The position numbers were made by a program, and so were the translations under genes. Below are positions 19,574-30,077 of a stretch of DNA of 64,000 nt, piece after piece. Position 1 is the first letter of the stretch. Each line of letters begins with the position of its first letter. The notes below the pieces were generated by a model. That model was given only the letters and a program-made list of their open reading frames with translations, was not told the origin of the DNA and did no database searches. The stretch covers positions 66,640 to 130,639 of the IMG/VR virus record IMGVR_UViG_3300032050_000024; one strand, written 5' to 3'. The stretch comes from a virus.

Positions 19574-21412
19574 TTACAAAATATTATTCTCATCTAATAA
19601 AGTCCCCGTATCAATATCGGTTTCTTTATTAGGTGTAATTGATTCTAATATTATTTTAGATGATTTATCAAATTTTGTATTTTTTTGCATAGTTTTTAAA
19701 ACATTCTCTTGAGCTAAATCTAATTTTCTTTCTCGAGAAGGATTCGGTAAAAATGCAGATTTTTGATTTTCAGAATCAAAATCTTGATCAATTTGTTTTT
19801 TACCTGTAGGATCCCATCCGAATGCATTTTTATGTTGTCCAAATTTGATGCCTTCTTTTGGACGACCTCCTTTATCTTTTTCTTCAACTTCATTAGAACT
19901 CATATGCATTGAAGCTAAGTCGTGTGGAGTACCATATGACACACCGGTAATTGCTGGATCATTTCCTTCTTGTTCAAGTTGGTTTTGTCGGAATCTTAAT
20001 TTTAAATCTTCAATAACATTGTTACGTTCTTGCAACCATTGATCTTCTGACATATTAAATATAAATTCATATATGTATTTGTCGGAAACTAATTTACTAT
20101 CTTTCATTGCAGTTGCTAATGTCATTTTTTCAGTCATTAATGCAACTTTTTGTTGGTCATATACAATTGATGGTGCCGTTAATTCTAATTCAAATCCAAC
20201 TAAGTCTGCACCATCATAACCTTGTGCATATAAATGTATAATTGCAATTTTATGAAGTTCTGAAACAACTATTTTTTGTATTCGTTCAATTGTTCTAGCA
20301 AAACGAATATCCATGGATGCTAATGTAGTTTTTCCTTCAACAGCTTCAGCATATCCTAAAAATGGTTTAGGAATTTTAAGTGCAGCCATCATTTTGTCTT
20401 TAACGTAATTGATGTCATCAATTCCTGTAAAAGTCATACCTGGTAGGGTATCAATTGATGTTTGTGAACTACCACCTCGTACTGGTAAATAATAATCTTC
20501 CAACATGTTGTTGAGATTAAATTTTAAATTGTAATTACCAGTTTGTTGATCAACGTGAGGAATTTTTTTCATTTTATTGATAACTTGTTCCATGAAAGTA
20601 TCTACTTCATTAGGCGGAATATTACCAATATCAATTTTAAAAATACGTTTTTCTGGAGCTCGCATTATTCTGTGAATAAGCATTGCATCTTCAAGCATTG
20701 TTAATTTTTGAAATTCTTTACGTCCTCCTTCTAACATTGATTTACCATATGGTAAAAAGTTTGCATCAGATAACATGCGAAAATGTGCAACTTCAAAAAC
20801 ATCATACATTAAATTAGGACTTGAAGCATGTCGAAATTTAATTTTATATTCACCAGTTTCTTCATCAAATTCTTCCCAACGTTCTACTTCATAACTAGAA
20901 AAAGGGCGTGCATTAATTACTCCTAATTCTTCTGCAATATCTAATTTTAAAAAGAAATCTCCATATTTAGTTAAATTTCTAATCCATGGCCAAAGGTTAA
21001 ATTCGATATTTAGAACATCATAAAATAAATTATAAAGTATTTTTTGTATGTTTGAATTTCCAGCTTTAATAGTTAAAATATCTCCAAATTGATCTGCAAG
21101 AGTTGATTCATCTGCATAAATATCTAATGCTGCACTAATAATAGGATCTTTATCCATCATTTCATAGTCAGTATATAACTGCATACGATTTTGATGCATA
21201 TAATAGTTAGAATCATATCCACCCATTCCTCCTACGCGATGGCGATTAGAACCATGTAAACGTGTATATCTATCAGCAACTTTTGTTTGATTTAGATTAC
21301 CAAAAGATTGTAAACGGTTTGTGTCTACTACTTTAAGACGATCTTTACCATATGCACGTACAATTACATTGGTAGCAAATAAATTCTGTAGTCGTTTTCT
21401 TAATGATGCCAT
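19574..21412 (-). CDS. gp20: Portal protein (T4 gp20-like)
   Basis: MLEDAMLIHRIMRAPEKRIFKIDIGN, EDYYLPVRG, IDTLPG, ALKIPK, DIRFARTIERIQ motifs. Confidence 0.95.
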   Translation of the reverse strand: MASLRKRLQNLFATNVIVRAYGKDRLKVVDTNRLQSFGNLNQTKVADRYTRLHGSNRHRVGGMGGYDSNYYMHQNRMQLYTDYEMMDKDPIISAALDIYADESTLADQFGDILTIKAGNSNIQKILYNLFYDVLNIEFNLWPWIRNLTKYGDFFLKLDIAEELGVINARPFSSYEVERWEEFDEETGEYKIKFRHASSPNLMYDVFEVAHFRMLSDANFLPYGKSMLEGGRKEFQKLTMLEDAMLIHRIMRAPEKRIFKIDIGNIPPNEVDTFMEQVINKMKKIPHVDQQTGNYNLKFNLNNMLEDYYLPVRGGSSQTSIDTLPGMTFTGIDDINYVKDKMMAALKIPKPFLGYAEAVEGKTTLASMDIRFARTIERIQKIVVSELHKIAIIHLYAQGYDGADLVGFELELTAPSIVYDQQKVALMTEKMTLATAMKDSKLVSDKYIYEFIFNMSEDQWLQERNNVIEDLKLRFRQNQLEQEGNDPAITGVSYGTPHDLASMHMSSNEVEEKDKGGRPKEGIKFGQHKNAFGWDPTGKKQIDQDFDSENQKSAFLPNPSRERKLDLAQENVLKTMQKNTKFDKSSKIILESITPNKETDIDTGTLLDENNIL

Positions 21413-21455
21413 ATTTTTTTAATATAAATATAACTAATTAAAGAACCAAGCTGTT

Positions 21456-23033
21456 TTATAACAACCAAGTTAAATTTTCATCAGTTTGTCCATTATTCCA
21501 CGACCAACCTGTGTCTTGTCGACGCTGTGTATTAGTATATATAACTGGATCTGTTTTAGTAAAATGTGAAAGAGCTCGCTTATTTAATTCAATTCCATGT
21601 TGACGTAATTTAAGTGATGTATCACGAAGCCAAAGACCAATACAAAAAGACATAACAAGATCATCATTATATCCTTGTTGTGCTTGAGCTTTTCCGTTTA
21701 ACCAAACAAATACAAATAATTCTTGTATTAATCGTTTTGATCTAATTACAGGTGTTCGTTCTCGCATATACATTTCGAGTGCTGAAATCATTAATGGACG
21801 AGTACGAGATGTTGTTGATACTCCAGGAACCATTTGTGACTTATCTTTTGTATCATAACCTTTTTTAAGTTGAATATCTATATCAACATAGCCATCGTCT
21901 TTGTATGTATAGAATAAATTTTCATAATTTCTGTCAAGTGCCGGTTGTATTGCAGCCCAACCTATATTTGCATTTTCGATTGCTAGAAGTGCGTTGTTCC
22001 ATTCAGTTGCAACCGTTACAAGCATATTACCAAAATCTTTAGGAGGAAGTTTACCTTTATATTCTGCAACTTGTTTAACATCTTGTACATCAATAACATG
22101 AAATGTTGACCAGTCGCCCCCGTCTCCTCGTGCAACGTCAGCTACTACTATATAATCTCGTTCATAGTTAGGATATTCCCAAATCCAATATGCATTATCA
22201 AAACCTCGTCGTTCTATAGGTTCTGTGCATTTTTGTTCATATTCTAATAATATAGCGCCATCTACTACAGTATGTCCTGATGAAATAAAATCACAATCAC
22301 ATTCTTGTGCCGCTCCACGTTCTCCTAAAAGTTGAGTTTGTTGATCGCGCCAATCTTGATCTCGTTCTGGGTGTACGGTCCAATGTAGTTTAATTGTATG
22401 AAATCCATTTATTTCTTGTTCGGCGTCTGACCATACTGAATGAAACCAATTACCGACACCATTAGGTGTTGATAATACTATTGCGCCACCACCCGTTGAT
22501 AGTGTTGCTTGTGATGCTATCCATATTTCTTCAATATTTCGTATAAATGCTGCTTCATCTATAATAAGCAATGACAATGCTTCTGAACGTGCACCGGTGG
22601 TTGCAGATGATACTGCTTTTATTTGTGAACCATTCTTAAATTTAAGAGATAATTTATTGTCAGCTTCAATTGTTCCTTTCAACCAACTAGGTAAATTGTC
22701 GTGCATCACACGTACTTTTGTTACTAAGTTTTTAGCAACTTCTTGTGTTGTTGCAATAACAAGTACATTAAAATCCTGTTTAAACAACATACTCCAAAGA
22801 GCAAATCCAGCAGAAAGTGTTGATATACCTAACTGACGTGACTTAAGTATTACGTTATAACGATGATCTCGTAATTCAGTTAATGTATCTTCTTGAAATG
22901 GAAATAAATTAAATTTTATTTTTCCTTTTTTAGGATGTTGTATATAACAATATTGCCTCATAAAAAACACAGGATCTTTAGCACACATTGCATATTGTTG
23001 CTGAATAATCTGTTTTATGTTGGGTTGAGACAT
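21456..23033 (-). CDS. gp17: Terminase large subunit (T4 gp17-like)
   Basis: KSRQLGIST Walker A, LLIIDEAAF Walker B, LSTPNG, QECDCDF, VADVARG nuclease, NDDLVM. Confidence 0.96.
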   Translation of the reverse strand: MSQPNIKQIIQQQYAMCAKDPVFFMRQYCYIQHPKKGKIKFNLFPFQEDTLTELRDHRYNVILKSRQLGISTLSAGFALWSMLFKQDFNVLVIATTQEVAKNLVTKVRVMHDNLPSWLKGTIEADNKLSLKFKNGSQIKAVSSATTGARSEALSLLIIDEAAFIRNIEEIWIASQATLSTGGGAIVLSTPNGVGNWFHSVWSDAEQEINGFHTIKLHWTVHPERDQDWRDQQTQLLGERGAAQECDCDFISSGHTVVDGAILLEYEQKCTEPIERRGFDNAYWIWEYPNYERDYIVVADVARGDGGDWSTFHVIDVQDVKQVAEYKGKLPPKDFGNMLVTVATEWNNALLAIENANIGWAAIQPALDRNYENLFYTYKDDGYVDIDIQLKKGYDTKDKSQMVPGVSTTSRTRPLMISALEMYMRERTPVIRSKRLIQELFVFVWLNGKAQAQQGYNDDLVMSFCIGLWLRDTSLKLRQHGIELNKRALSHFTKTDPVIYTNTQRRQDTGWSWNNGQTDENLTWLL

Positions 23034-23034
23034 A

Positions 23035-23415
23035 TTATTTTAATATTTCATTTATCAATATTCCAGAACCTAGTGTAGTAAAAATACCTAATCCAAACCA
23101 AAGATTTTTACTGTCATACCATTTAGGTTGTAAACGTTTTTCTCGTTGTACATATAAATCTATATTTTTTTGTAGCAATGCAACTTGTTGTTTTTGCAAT
23201 TCAATTTGTATGGAATCTAAATAAATTATAGATTGTTGTTTTTTAATAATACGTTGTTGCTTTTCAATTATTTCCGTATTTTTATCATCTACTGCCCATA
23301 ATGAATCAATAGTTGTTGATATGTCTAGTAATTCTTGTTCTGTAAAACACGTATCAGGAATAGTTTGAGTAAAACTAAATACAGGAAATAATAATATAAC
23401 TAGTAAACGCTTCAT
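23035..23415 (-). CDS. Exported coiled-coil protein with C-terminal TM segment (possible lysis/spanin-like)
   Basis: Signal peptide MKRLLVILLFPVFSFT-Q, Gln-rich coiled coil, C-terminal LWFGLGIFTTLGSGILI. Confidence 0.55.
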   Translation of the reverse strand: MKRLLVILLFPVFSFTQTIPDTCFTEQELLDISTTIDSLWAVDDKNTEIIEKQQRIIKKQQSIIYLDSIQIELQKQQVALLQKNIDLYVQREKRLQPKWYDSKNLWFGLGIFTTLGSGILINEILK

Positions 23416-23747
23416 TTCTTTTTTCTTTTATTTGTTTTATTCAAAATATTTTGTTTAGCTTGTTTTGTAGATTTAGGTTTTTCTATAACAACATCATCTT
23501 TTTTTGTAATTATTGAATCAACTTCATCAATTAAATCTTGAACTTCTTGTTTTGCTTTATCTCTTTGATCTTCAATTACATCAACTTTTCCAGAAATTAC
23601 GTCAACTTGTTGTTTGTTATCATCAATTTTTTTGTCTGCTTTATCATTTTGTTTGTCATCTACTTTCTTTTTAACTGCAACAGCAATTCCAAAAAATGCT
23701 AATACGGCTCCTACTATGATTGCCCAATATTTTTTAATTGTTTTCAT
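23412..23747 (-). CDS. Membrane-anchored coiled-coil protein (possible i-spanin-like)
   Basis: N-terminal TM WAIIVGAVLAFFGIAVAV, then K/D-rich coiled coil; 4-nt overlap with the next gene; alternative start 23759. Confidence 0.55.
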   Translation of the reverse strand: MKTIKKYWAIIVGAVLAFFGIAVAVKKKVDDKQNDKADKKIDDNKQQVDVISGKVDVIEDQRDKAKQEVQDLIDEVDSIITKKDDVVIEKPKSTKQAKQNILNKTNKRKKK

Positions 23748-24384
23748 CGTTTTCTCCATTTAATCGTTTTAAAAATCTTTCTTTAAATTCTTCAAATCCT
23801 TTTTGTACTTTTTCTTCAAACTCCTCCGGAGTCATCTGAGCAGCCCAAGTTTCAGTTTCGCCATCTGCATTTGTTACAAATTTAGATGCTTGTGTATATG
23901 TTTGTTTGAGCATTTCAACATCTTTTTCTGCTTGACGTAACCACGCTTCTGCATTTTGTCGGACTCTAGTTTTTTCATATTCTTCATATGTTCCTGCTTT
24001 GCGCATTTCATGTTCCCATTCAACCGTACAATCAAAACACATACCATTTAGTTTACGCATTTTTTCATCAATTGATTTTGGATTAAAACATGTACATGAA
24101 TCTTTACGGCAATTAGGAAATGATCGTATTTCATCTCGTATTTCTTGAAACACTTCTGAATTTTTGGTTTTACGAATTCGGAATCCATCTTTTTGTTCAA
24201 TAACCCAGATCATTCCAGATGAATCTGTTTCTTCCCAAACGTCTCCAATTTCGTGTCGTTCTGATTTTTTTGCCTGTTCTTTAGCATCAGAAAATCCTAC
24301 CGACTTTTTTGTTTGAAACTTATGTGTGCCATCAATCATTTGTTGAATGGCTTTGATGTTTTGTAACTTGTTAGATTTTGACAT
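23734..24384 (-). CDS. Hypothetical protein with Cys cluster
   Basis: 216 aa; CRKDSCTC...CFDC. Confidence 0.7.
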   Translation of the reverse strand: MSKSNKLQNIKAIQQMIDGTHKFQTKKSVGFSDAKEQAKKSERHEIGDVWEETDSSGMIWVIEQKDGFRIRKTKNSEVFQEIRDEIRSFPNCRKDSCTCFNPKSIDEKMRKLNGMCFDCTVEWEHEMRKAGTYEEYEKTRVRQNAEAWLRQAEKDVEMLKQTYTQASKFVTNADGETETWAAQMTPEEFEEKVQKGFEEFKERFLKRLNGENDENN

Positions 24385-24387
24385 ATA

Positions 24388-25248
24388 TTATTTATTATTT
24401 GAACTTGATCCTAATTTAGATAATTTCTTATTAGATGTAATTTTGAACATTTTCCAAATATTTGCTTGATCTTCAACTTCGGCATCTTTTAAAGAAATAT
24501 TTAAAACTTTGATAATTGATTTTAATTTTGCAATATTTCCTTCTTGTTTTTTAAGATATTGTACAAATCGATCTATATCTAAAGCTTCTTTTGTTTCTGG
24601 TGAAACTTGTTTTTCTGCTGCAGCATCAGGTGCTGGAGTTTCGCCGGCCGGCGGTGGTGTAGTTGAAGCCGGCGGCGTTTCAGCTGATGCATCTGGGGCT
24701 GCAGGTTCTGCTGGTTCTGGTGCATCAGTTTCTGGAGTGGGAGCTGCAGGTTCTGCTGGTTCTGGAGTTGTAGGCTCTGCCGGTTCTGGAGTTGTAGGCT
24801 CTGCCGGTTCTGGGGCGTCATCTTTTTTTTCTTGTTCTAGTAAAACTTTAACAATTTTTCTACGAACATATTCTCTAACTAAACGTTCTCTTTGTTCTCT
24901 AGTTAAATTTTCTATTTTATCTTTGATAACTCCAGATATTTCTTTTTCTTCTGCATCTTGTCGTTTCTTTAAACGTTTTGCGGCAGTTTTTGGTTCCCAT
25001 TCTCCATTTTCTAAATCATCATATAAACGATCATCAGCATTGTATTTTACATCATACTTACCATCATCTTGCATCATTTTATCTGTTTTACGCAAAACAT
25101 TAAGTTGTTTATCTCCAGTAGATTTAGGATTCAAACCGCCTTTTTTATCATCATGAGTATATGATTTAAGGTCTTTACGAGGGGTTGGTTTTTGTGATTT
25201 TTCTAAATCTTTTGGTGCTTTGTATTTGCTCTTATGTTTTTCAGCCAT
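24388..25248 (-). CDS. Hypothetical protein with Pro/Ala/Glu-rich linker
   Basis: 286 aa; PEPAEPTT repeats; tandem ATATTTAT motifs upstream. Confidence 0.7.
   Translation of the reverse strand: MAEKHKSKYKAPKDLEKSQKPTPRKDLKSYTHDDKKGGLNPKSTGDKQLNVLRKTDKMMQDDGKYDVKYNADDRLYDDLENGEWEPKTAAKRLKKRQDAEEKEISGVIKDKIENLTREQRERLVREYVRRKIVKVLLEQEKKDDAPEPAEPTTPEPAEPTTPEPAEPAAPTPETDAPEPAEPAAPDASAETPPASTTPPPAGETPAPDAAAEKQVSPETKEALDIDRFVQYLKKQEGNIAKLKSIIKVLNISLKDAEVEDQANIWKMFKITSNKKLSKLGSSSNNK
24694..24812. repeat. Imperfect 24-bp tandem repeats encoding PEPAEP(TT/AA)
   Basis: ggttctggagttgtaggctctgcc twice plus related copies. Confidence 0.75.
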
Positions 25249-25281
25249 TACTTGTCCTATTTTTTCATATAAATATAAATA

Positions 25282-27306
25282 TCACCGTGCGTACTTTAAT
25301 ACCCCTAGTATTTGATTAACTGGTGCAAATGCTCCTGTGAGCTTGTATGTATTGCCCCCATATACAAATACTACGCCTTCAGATGGTACAATTGCTTCAA
25401 ATCCGCCTAACCGTTGTATACGTTTTAATTCATGTTCTAGCTTTTTAATGCTATTAATATCTTGGGTTGTTTCTAATTCTCTAATTAGATCAGCTAAATC
25501 TTTTTTCAATTCCTGTACAGATTGTGATGGATTAGCTGCTAAGAAATTTTCTGCATTACGTAATACAACTGCACCTAACCGTAGAAATATGCTTTCAAAT
25601 GGTTCCATGTTTTGTTTGTAATACGTTTTAAAATCTTTTTTATCAAATTCAGTTACCCATGCAGAAAATTCTGGATTTGTGATTTGTTTTTTAAGTGCGG
25701 CAATGTTTGCGGATTTGTCAAAAAATGCCCATCGATTGATTAATGCTGTTAATATTTCAGCCGGGATGTCATATCCTAAGCCTTGTGCTTTTTCTCGTAT
25801 TACATCTCCCCACCACGCTTTATGATAGTCAGAAACTAGATCCGTATCTTTCAATTTATATCTAGAACGTAATTGATCTACTTCATTAAAAAATGCAGCT
25901 TGTTGATCTTCAAAGTCTGCTAATCTACCAATTTTGATTCGTTGCGGCGGAATAAATGAAAATGTTTTTTGTAAGTGTGCATTTGCATCTTGAATAATTC
26001 CTTGCAAGGCTCCTCCTCCAGTTAAGTCTGTTTGCATGGTATTACCTGCTTCATCATATTCAACTAGATTGTGAAATTGTAATACTGCAACATCATATGA
26101 AATTACATTTTTAGTTGCAGGATAAATAATTTCCATGTTAGCAAATACTCGTCCATTTTTAAAAATACCATTTAATACGTTCGGATCTACGCGATTAAAT
26201 GCTTCTGCTAAATCTTCTGCTGCGTTGCCGAATGCATCTGATATAGGACCTCTACCTCCAAACTTGTCCTGTATTTCTTGTACTGACATTGGATTGATTA
26301 CAGTACCTTTATTTCTAGCAAATCCAATTTGTCCGTTTTTATATGTTACTTGAATATTTTGACCATCAGTTTTTTCAGTTACTGCCGATTCAATGTCTAA
26401 ATAACCTCCTAATGCTCTAGAAATAATTTCTTTAACATCGCCGAATGAAAGTGCATGATCATCATAAGGATGAGCCATATGTCCTGCTGCCCCACCTTCT
26501 TTTATTATTTGAATTGCTTCTGTTAATGGAACTCCAAATATAGTTTTGTCAAAATCTTTAAAATCATATACAAATGGTTTTGCAATGTTTGAATCTAAAA
26601 ATTTTCTTAATTTTTTAATTTTTGCATCGTGTTTTGCTGCAGTTTTAGGATCCATATATCCTTCAACTACTTTGTTAACTTCTGATACTAATTGTTTAGC
26701 CCACCATTCTTTTGAAAATAATGATTCTTGCAGTCCTGTTAATATTTGCCAAACATTTTTAACTTCAGAATCATTTTGTGCGGGATATGATGCTCGAAAT
26801 GTTGCATAATCATTATTAGCAATTGCTGCCCGTACGGTTGATGCTGATATTGGTTCTCCGTTTTTATATAGTAATGGATCAATATCTAAATTTAATTCTG
26901 TTGCATCAACTCCTGCAGGAATTGTACGTCCGGAGCGATCTCCTACGGTTTTATATTTATCTACATTTGGAACAAAGTCTTTTGCTCGTACGTAATCATC
27001 TCCTTTTGTTGATGCTGCCATAGCATATCGTCCCGTTGCATCTTGCGGCAATGCAAATAAATATTCATACGCTGCCATAATAGGAGAATTAAATTGAGTA
27101 GGTTGAATTTCAATGTTCGGATTGCGATTAATTAAATTGAATATTTCAATTGTTTTTTCTCTAGTAATACCGTCTCGATCTTTTGGGCCAATTAAAAGAA
27201 TTACCTTATCTGTATCAGGATGCTGTGCATAACGTTCAGCTAATGCTAAATGAGCTCCTGTTAATGGTTTAAATCCTCCTGGAAATAATGTTATTATTTT
27301 GTTCAT
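25282..27306 (-). CDS. Fusion of a HIGH-class nucleotidyltransferase and an ATP-dependent (RNA) ligase-like domain
   Basis: N-terminal PGGFKPLTGAH and ISASTVR motifs; C-terminal TEKTDG (motif I), EGVVF (IV), YKLTG (V). Confidence 0.7.
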   Translation of the reverse strand: MNKIITLFPGGFKPLTGAHLALAERYAQHPDTDKVILLIGPKDRDGITREKTIEIFNLINRNPNIEIQPTQFNSPIMAAYEYLFALPQDATGRYAMAASTKGDDYVRAKDFVPNVDKYKTVGDRSGRTIPAGVDATELNLDIDPLLYKNGEPISASTVRAAIANNDYATFRASYPAQNDSEVKNVWQILTGLQESLFSKEWWAKQLVSEVNKVVEGYMDPKTAAKHDAKIKKLRKFLDSNIAKPFVYDFKDFDKTIFGVPLTEAIQIIKEGGAAGHMAHPYDDHALSFGDVKEIISRALGGYLDIESAVTEKTDGQNIQVTYKNGQIGFARNKGTVINPMSVQEIQDKFGGRGPISDAFGNAAEDLAEAFNRVDPNVLNGIFKNGRVFANMEIIYPATKNVISYDVAVLQFHNLVEYDEAGNTMQTDLTGGGALQGIIQDANAHLQKTFSFIPPQRIKIGRLADFEDQQAAFFNEVDQLRSRYKLKDTDLVSDYHKAWWGDVIREKAQGLGYDIPAEILTALINRWAFFDKSANIAALKKQITNPEFSAWVTEFDKKDFKTYYKQNMEPFESIFLRLGAVVLRNAENFLAANPSQSVQELKKDLADLIRELETTQDINSIKKLEHELKRIQRLGGFEAIVPSEGVVFVYGGNTYKLTGAFAPVNQILGVLKYAR

Positions 27307-27342
27307 GTGATTTATGTTTTATATAAATATTTAAACTATTAT

Positions 27343-30051
27343 TTATTCTCGTATTGGTCCAATTGGTAATGGATTTACTACTGATCCTGCAGACCTGCTT
27401 GTACGATATACAAAACTTTTTAATTTAAGTACATCACCGGTATTAGGAGAAGTTGTACGTTCTACAATCATATATATTCTGACATAATAACCTTGAAAAT
27501 TTTCAAATGTATTAATAAATGCACCTGAAGTAACTTGAACATTACGAGCGCCGCCTTCGGTGAAAGTAGAGTTTATTGGAGTAATTTGAACTATACTAGA
27601 AATTGGCTCTGGAGTACTCCATGAATCATATCCGGTGGTAGTTCCAATACTTCCAGTATAACTAGCAGATTGAATGTACCATTTTGCTTGTATAGTTCCA
27701 CCGGTGCTTGCAGCAGGCGTAAATTCATACATAAAAGAAGATTGTAATCTAGTTTCGCCTGGCAAAATAAATGTTTCAAATATTGATGCAGTTTGTGGCG
27801 ATGTTTGTAAATTAACACCGGTGATATTTATTTCATCTCTATTAAAATAAACAACTCGGCCGATATTTAATCCATCTGCATATTCATTATTTGAATCAAA
27901 TAAAACATTTCCAGCTGGTCCTAATGTTACAATTGAAGATGCAGTTACATCTCCGTTTGCATTCAAGTAAAATCCACTTGATGAAATTTCTAACAATCCG
28001 TTACTGCCACTAATATATGTTCCATTCGGATTTCCAAAAAAGAAATTATCTGTTGCAACATAAATTTCATTATCAGTTGTTGAATATCTAAAATAGCTAC
28101 TAGTATTAAGATAAAGTTCTAATCCAACACCAGAGTATGGATTTCCATATTTTGTTAAAGAGCCACTAAGTGCAGATCCGCTCCATAGTAAAAATCCAGG
28201 AAATCCAGCATCAAAACCATCATATCCTAATGATCTAACAAAACCACTGTTTTTATATCCGGATATTGCAACTCCTGATTCTAAAGAATCTGCAACATAC
28301 AATGAACCAGTAAGCATTGAATAATCACCATCAATATAACGATTTCCTCCTTGCCATGATTTATCATAAAGATATGACGTTTGTTTACTTTTTACTCCAG
28401 CAACATTGTAATATTCTACTTTGAATGAAATTTGGTTATTTGCTTTATGTGGTGTATTAATAAGTGAACGTATTCTAGTATAGTTAGGAGAATATCCGGC
28501 ATCATTATCTGTTGTAGTTCTAACATCTGCAAATTGCCATTGACCTGATTCTATTACAAAAAGCAATGAGGCTGCTCCGTCGGCATCAGTTTCAAAATTA
28601 AATACTACATCATCAAAACGTTGTGAATCGCTTGTTACTTCTAACTCCCCAATGCGTTTACCTATGATTCTAGGTAATTCTTGATTAAAATAATCTGTAG
28701 TATCAAATGCAAATGCAGAACCAGAAACATATACTAATACTCTAGGATTAAGTCCTGTTGAATCACGTGTTCCTAATGCATCTATTGTTACTTTATATGC
28801 AGACTGCGAAATAAATACGCCGGCATAAGCAGGTTTAGTTTCTACAACATGTACTGCATTACGTGCTGAAATATCCGTTGCACTTGTTACAGACATTGCA
28901 TTGTTAAGCGATGCGGTAGTCCAAGTAAGAGTTGGTGCAGTGCTTGCAGTTTTACCTAGATATGTATATGCATCCCAATATGTATTGATAATGCTTTGTG
29001 ATGTAAATGCGCCAATACTTTGATCTGGAAACAATGATGCTGTGTTTGAAACAAATATTTCTGTTTCTTCTAATTCAACATCATTAACCAATTCCCATGT
29101 TCCAACTGTACCTTTATTGTTAGTATAAACTTTTATTCGCGAAATATCTCCAGTATCTGGATCTAATCCTTTTACTTGAACTAATGCAAATGATTGAGAG
29201 TTTTCTGTTGCAACATATGTTGGAGATGCTTCATATGTTAATGAAAATGCCGAATATGCAAAATTTGTATATGTATGTGGAAATATGCTTTGGCTACTAT
29301 AAACTGTATATTCTTGATCTAACAATGCTGTTGTGCTAGATAATATTTTTTTTATCGTACTTGTGTAAGGTGAAGCTGCCACCGCGTAATTAGGAGTAGG
29401 AGTAGGATTTGTCGGTGTTGCTATAGTTATAGTACCAGTTGACATATCCGAAGTAAATAAACCTCCGGTAATTTCAACTGCAGGTGTTCCATTAAGAGAA
29501 AAATATCTTACTTGACCCGTTGTATATGTTGGAAATTGTTGACTACCTGAATACGTTCTATCAAGTTGTACACCTACTTGTTCTGATATTTCTAAAGCTG
29601 GTATTTTTGAAAATATAATTTCAGAATCATTTGATACATTTGGATTAACTGGGACATTTCTTGTCCAACGTAAATTTGGTCGACCTTGCCATTCTTGTGG
29701 CACTGCAACACCATTAATGGTTTGTGCTTCTGCTACAAGTGTTATGATACAATCACCTGGTGAAGTTTCAGAATAAATGTAAATTGCAATTACACGCGAT
29801 TTATCTTCATCAATATAATCAACAACTTCAGAATATATCGGATCGCCGTTATAATCAAGTACTTCAATATTTAATACACCTCCAACGCGTAAATTAGTAG
29901 GATGACCTCGAAGTTTAAATAAATTTTTACCCGCAGTTAATCTTGTTGGAAATTCAGTTATTTGAAAATAGTCCGGTGATGTTAATGAAGAGTCTTCAAA
30001 ATAAACCGGAATGAATTCTAAACCTTTGTAAACTGTTTCTTTGCGTTTCAT
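27343..30051 (-). CDS. Large virion structural protein (tail/baseplate-associated)
   Basis: 902 aa, beta-rich S/T/G composition; ATATTTAT motif upstream. Confidence 0.55.
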   Translation of the reverse strand: MKRKETVYKGLEFIPVYFEDSSLTSPDYFQITEFPTRLTAGKNLFKLRGHPTNLRVGGVLNIEVLDYNGDPIYSEVVDYIDEDKSRVIAIYIYSETSPGDCIITLVAEAQTINGVAVPQEWQGRPNLRWTRNVPVNPNVSNDSEIIFSKIPALEISEQVGVQLDRTYSGSQQFPTYTTGQVRYFSLNGTPAVEITGGLFTSDMSTGTITIATPTNPTPTPNYAVAASPYTSTIKKILSSTTALLDQEYTVYSSQSIFPHTYTNFAYSAFSLTYEASPTYVATENSQSFALVQVKGLDPDTGDISRIKVYTNNKGTVGTWELVNDVELEETEIFVSNTASLFPDQSIGAFTSQSIINTYWDAYTYLGKTASTAPTLTWTTASLNNAMSVTSATDISARNAVHVVETKPAYAGVFISQSAYKVTIDALGTRDSTGLNPRVLVYVSGSAFAFDTTDYFNQELPRIIGKRIGELEVTSDSQRFDDVVFNFETDADGAASLLFVIESGQWQFADVRTTTDNDAGYSPNYTRIRSLINTPHKANNQISFKVEYYNVAGVKSKQTSYLYDKSWQGGNRYIDGDYSMLTGSLYVADSLESGVAISGYKNSGFVRSLGYDGFDAGFPGFLLWSGSALSGSLTKYGNPYSGVGLELYLNTSSYFRYSTTDNEIYVATDNFFFGNPNGTYISGSNGLLEISSSGFYLNANGDVTASSIVTLGPAGNVLFDSNNEYADGLNIGRVVYFNRDEINITGVNLQTSPQTASIFETFILPGETRLQSSFMYEFTPAASTGGTIQAKWYIQSASYTGSIGTTTGYDSWSTPEPISSIVQITPINSTFTEGGARNVQVTSGAFINTFENFQGYYVRIYMIVERTTSPNTGDVLKLKSFVYRTSRSAGSVVNPLPIGPIRE

Positions 30052-30077
30052 TACATGAAATTTCTTTCATATAAATA

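Noticed and set aside
24509-25156. 215-aa plus-strand Gly/Ala/Ser-rich ORF
   Set aside because: It is the antisense reading of the PEPAEP repeat region of the 24388-25248 gene.
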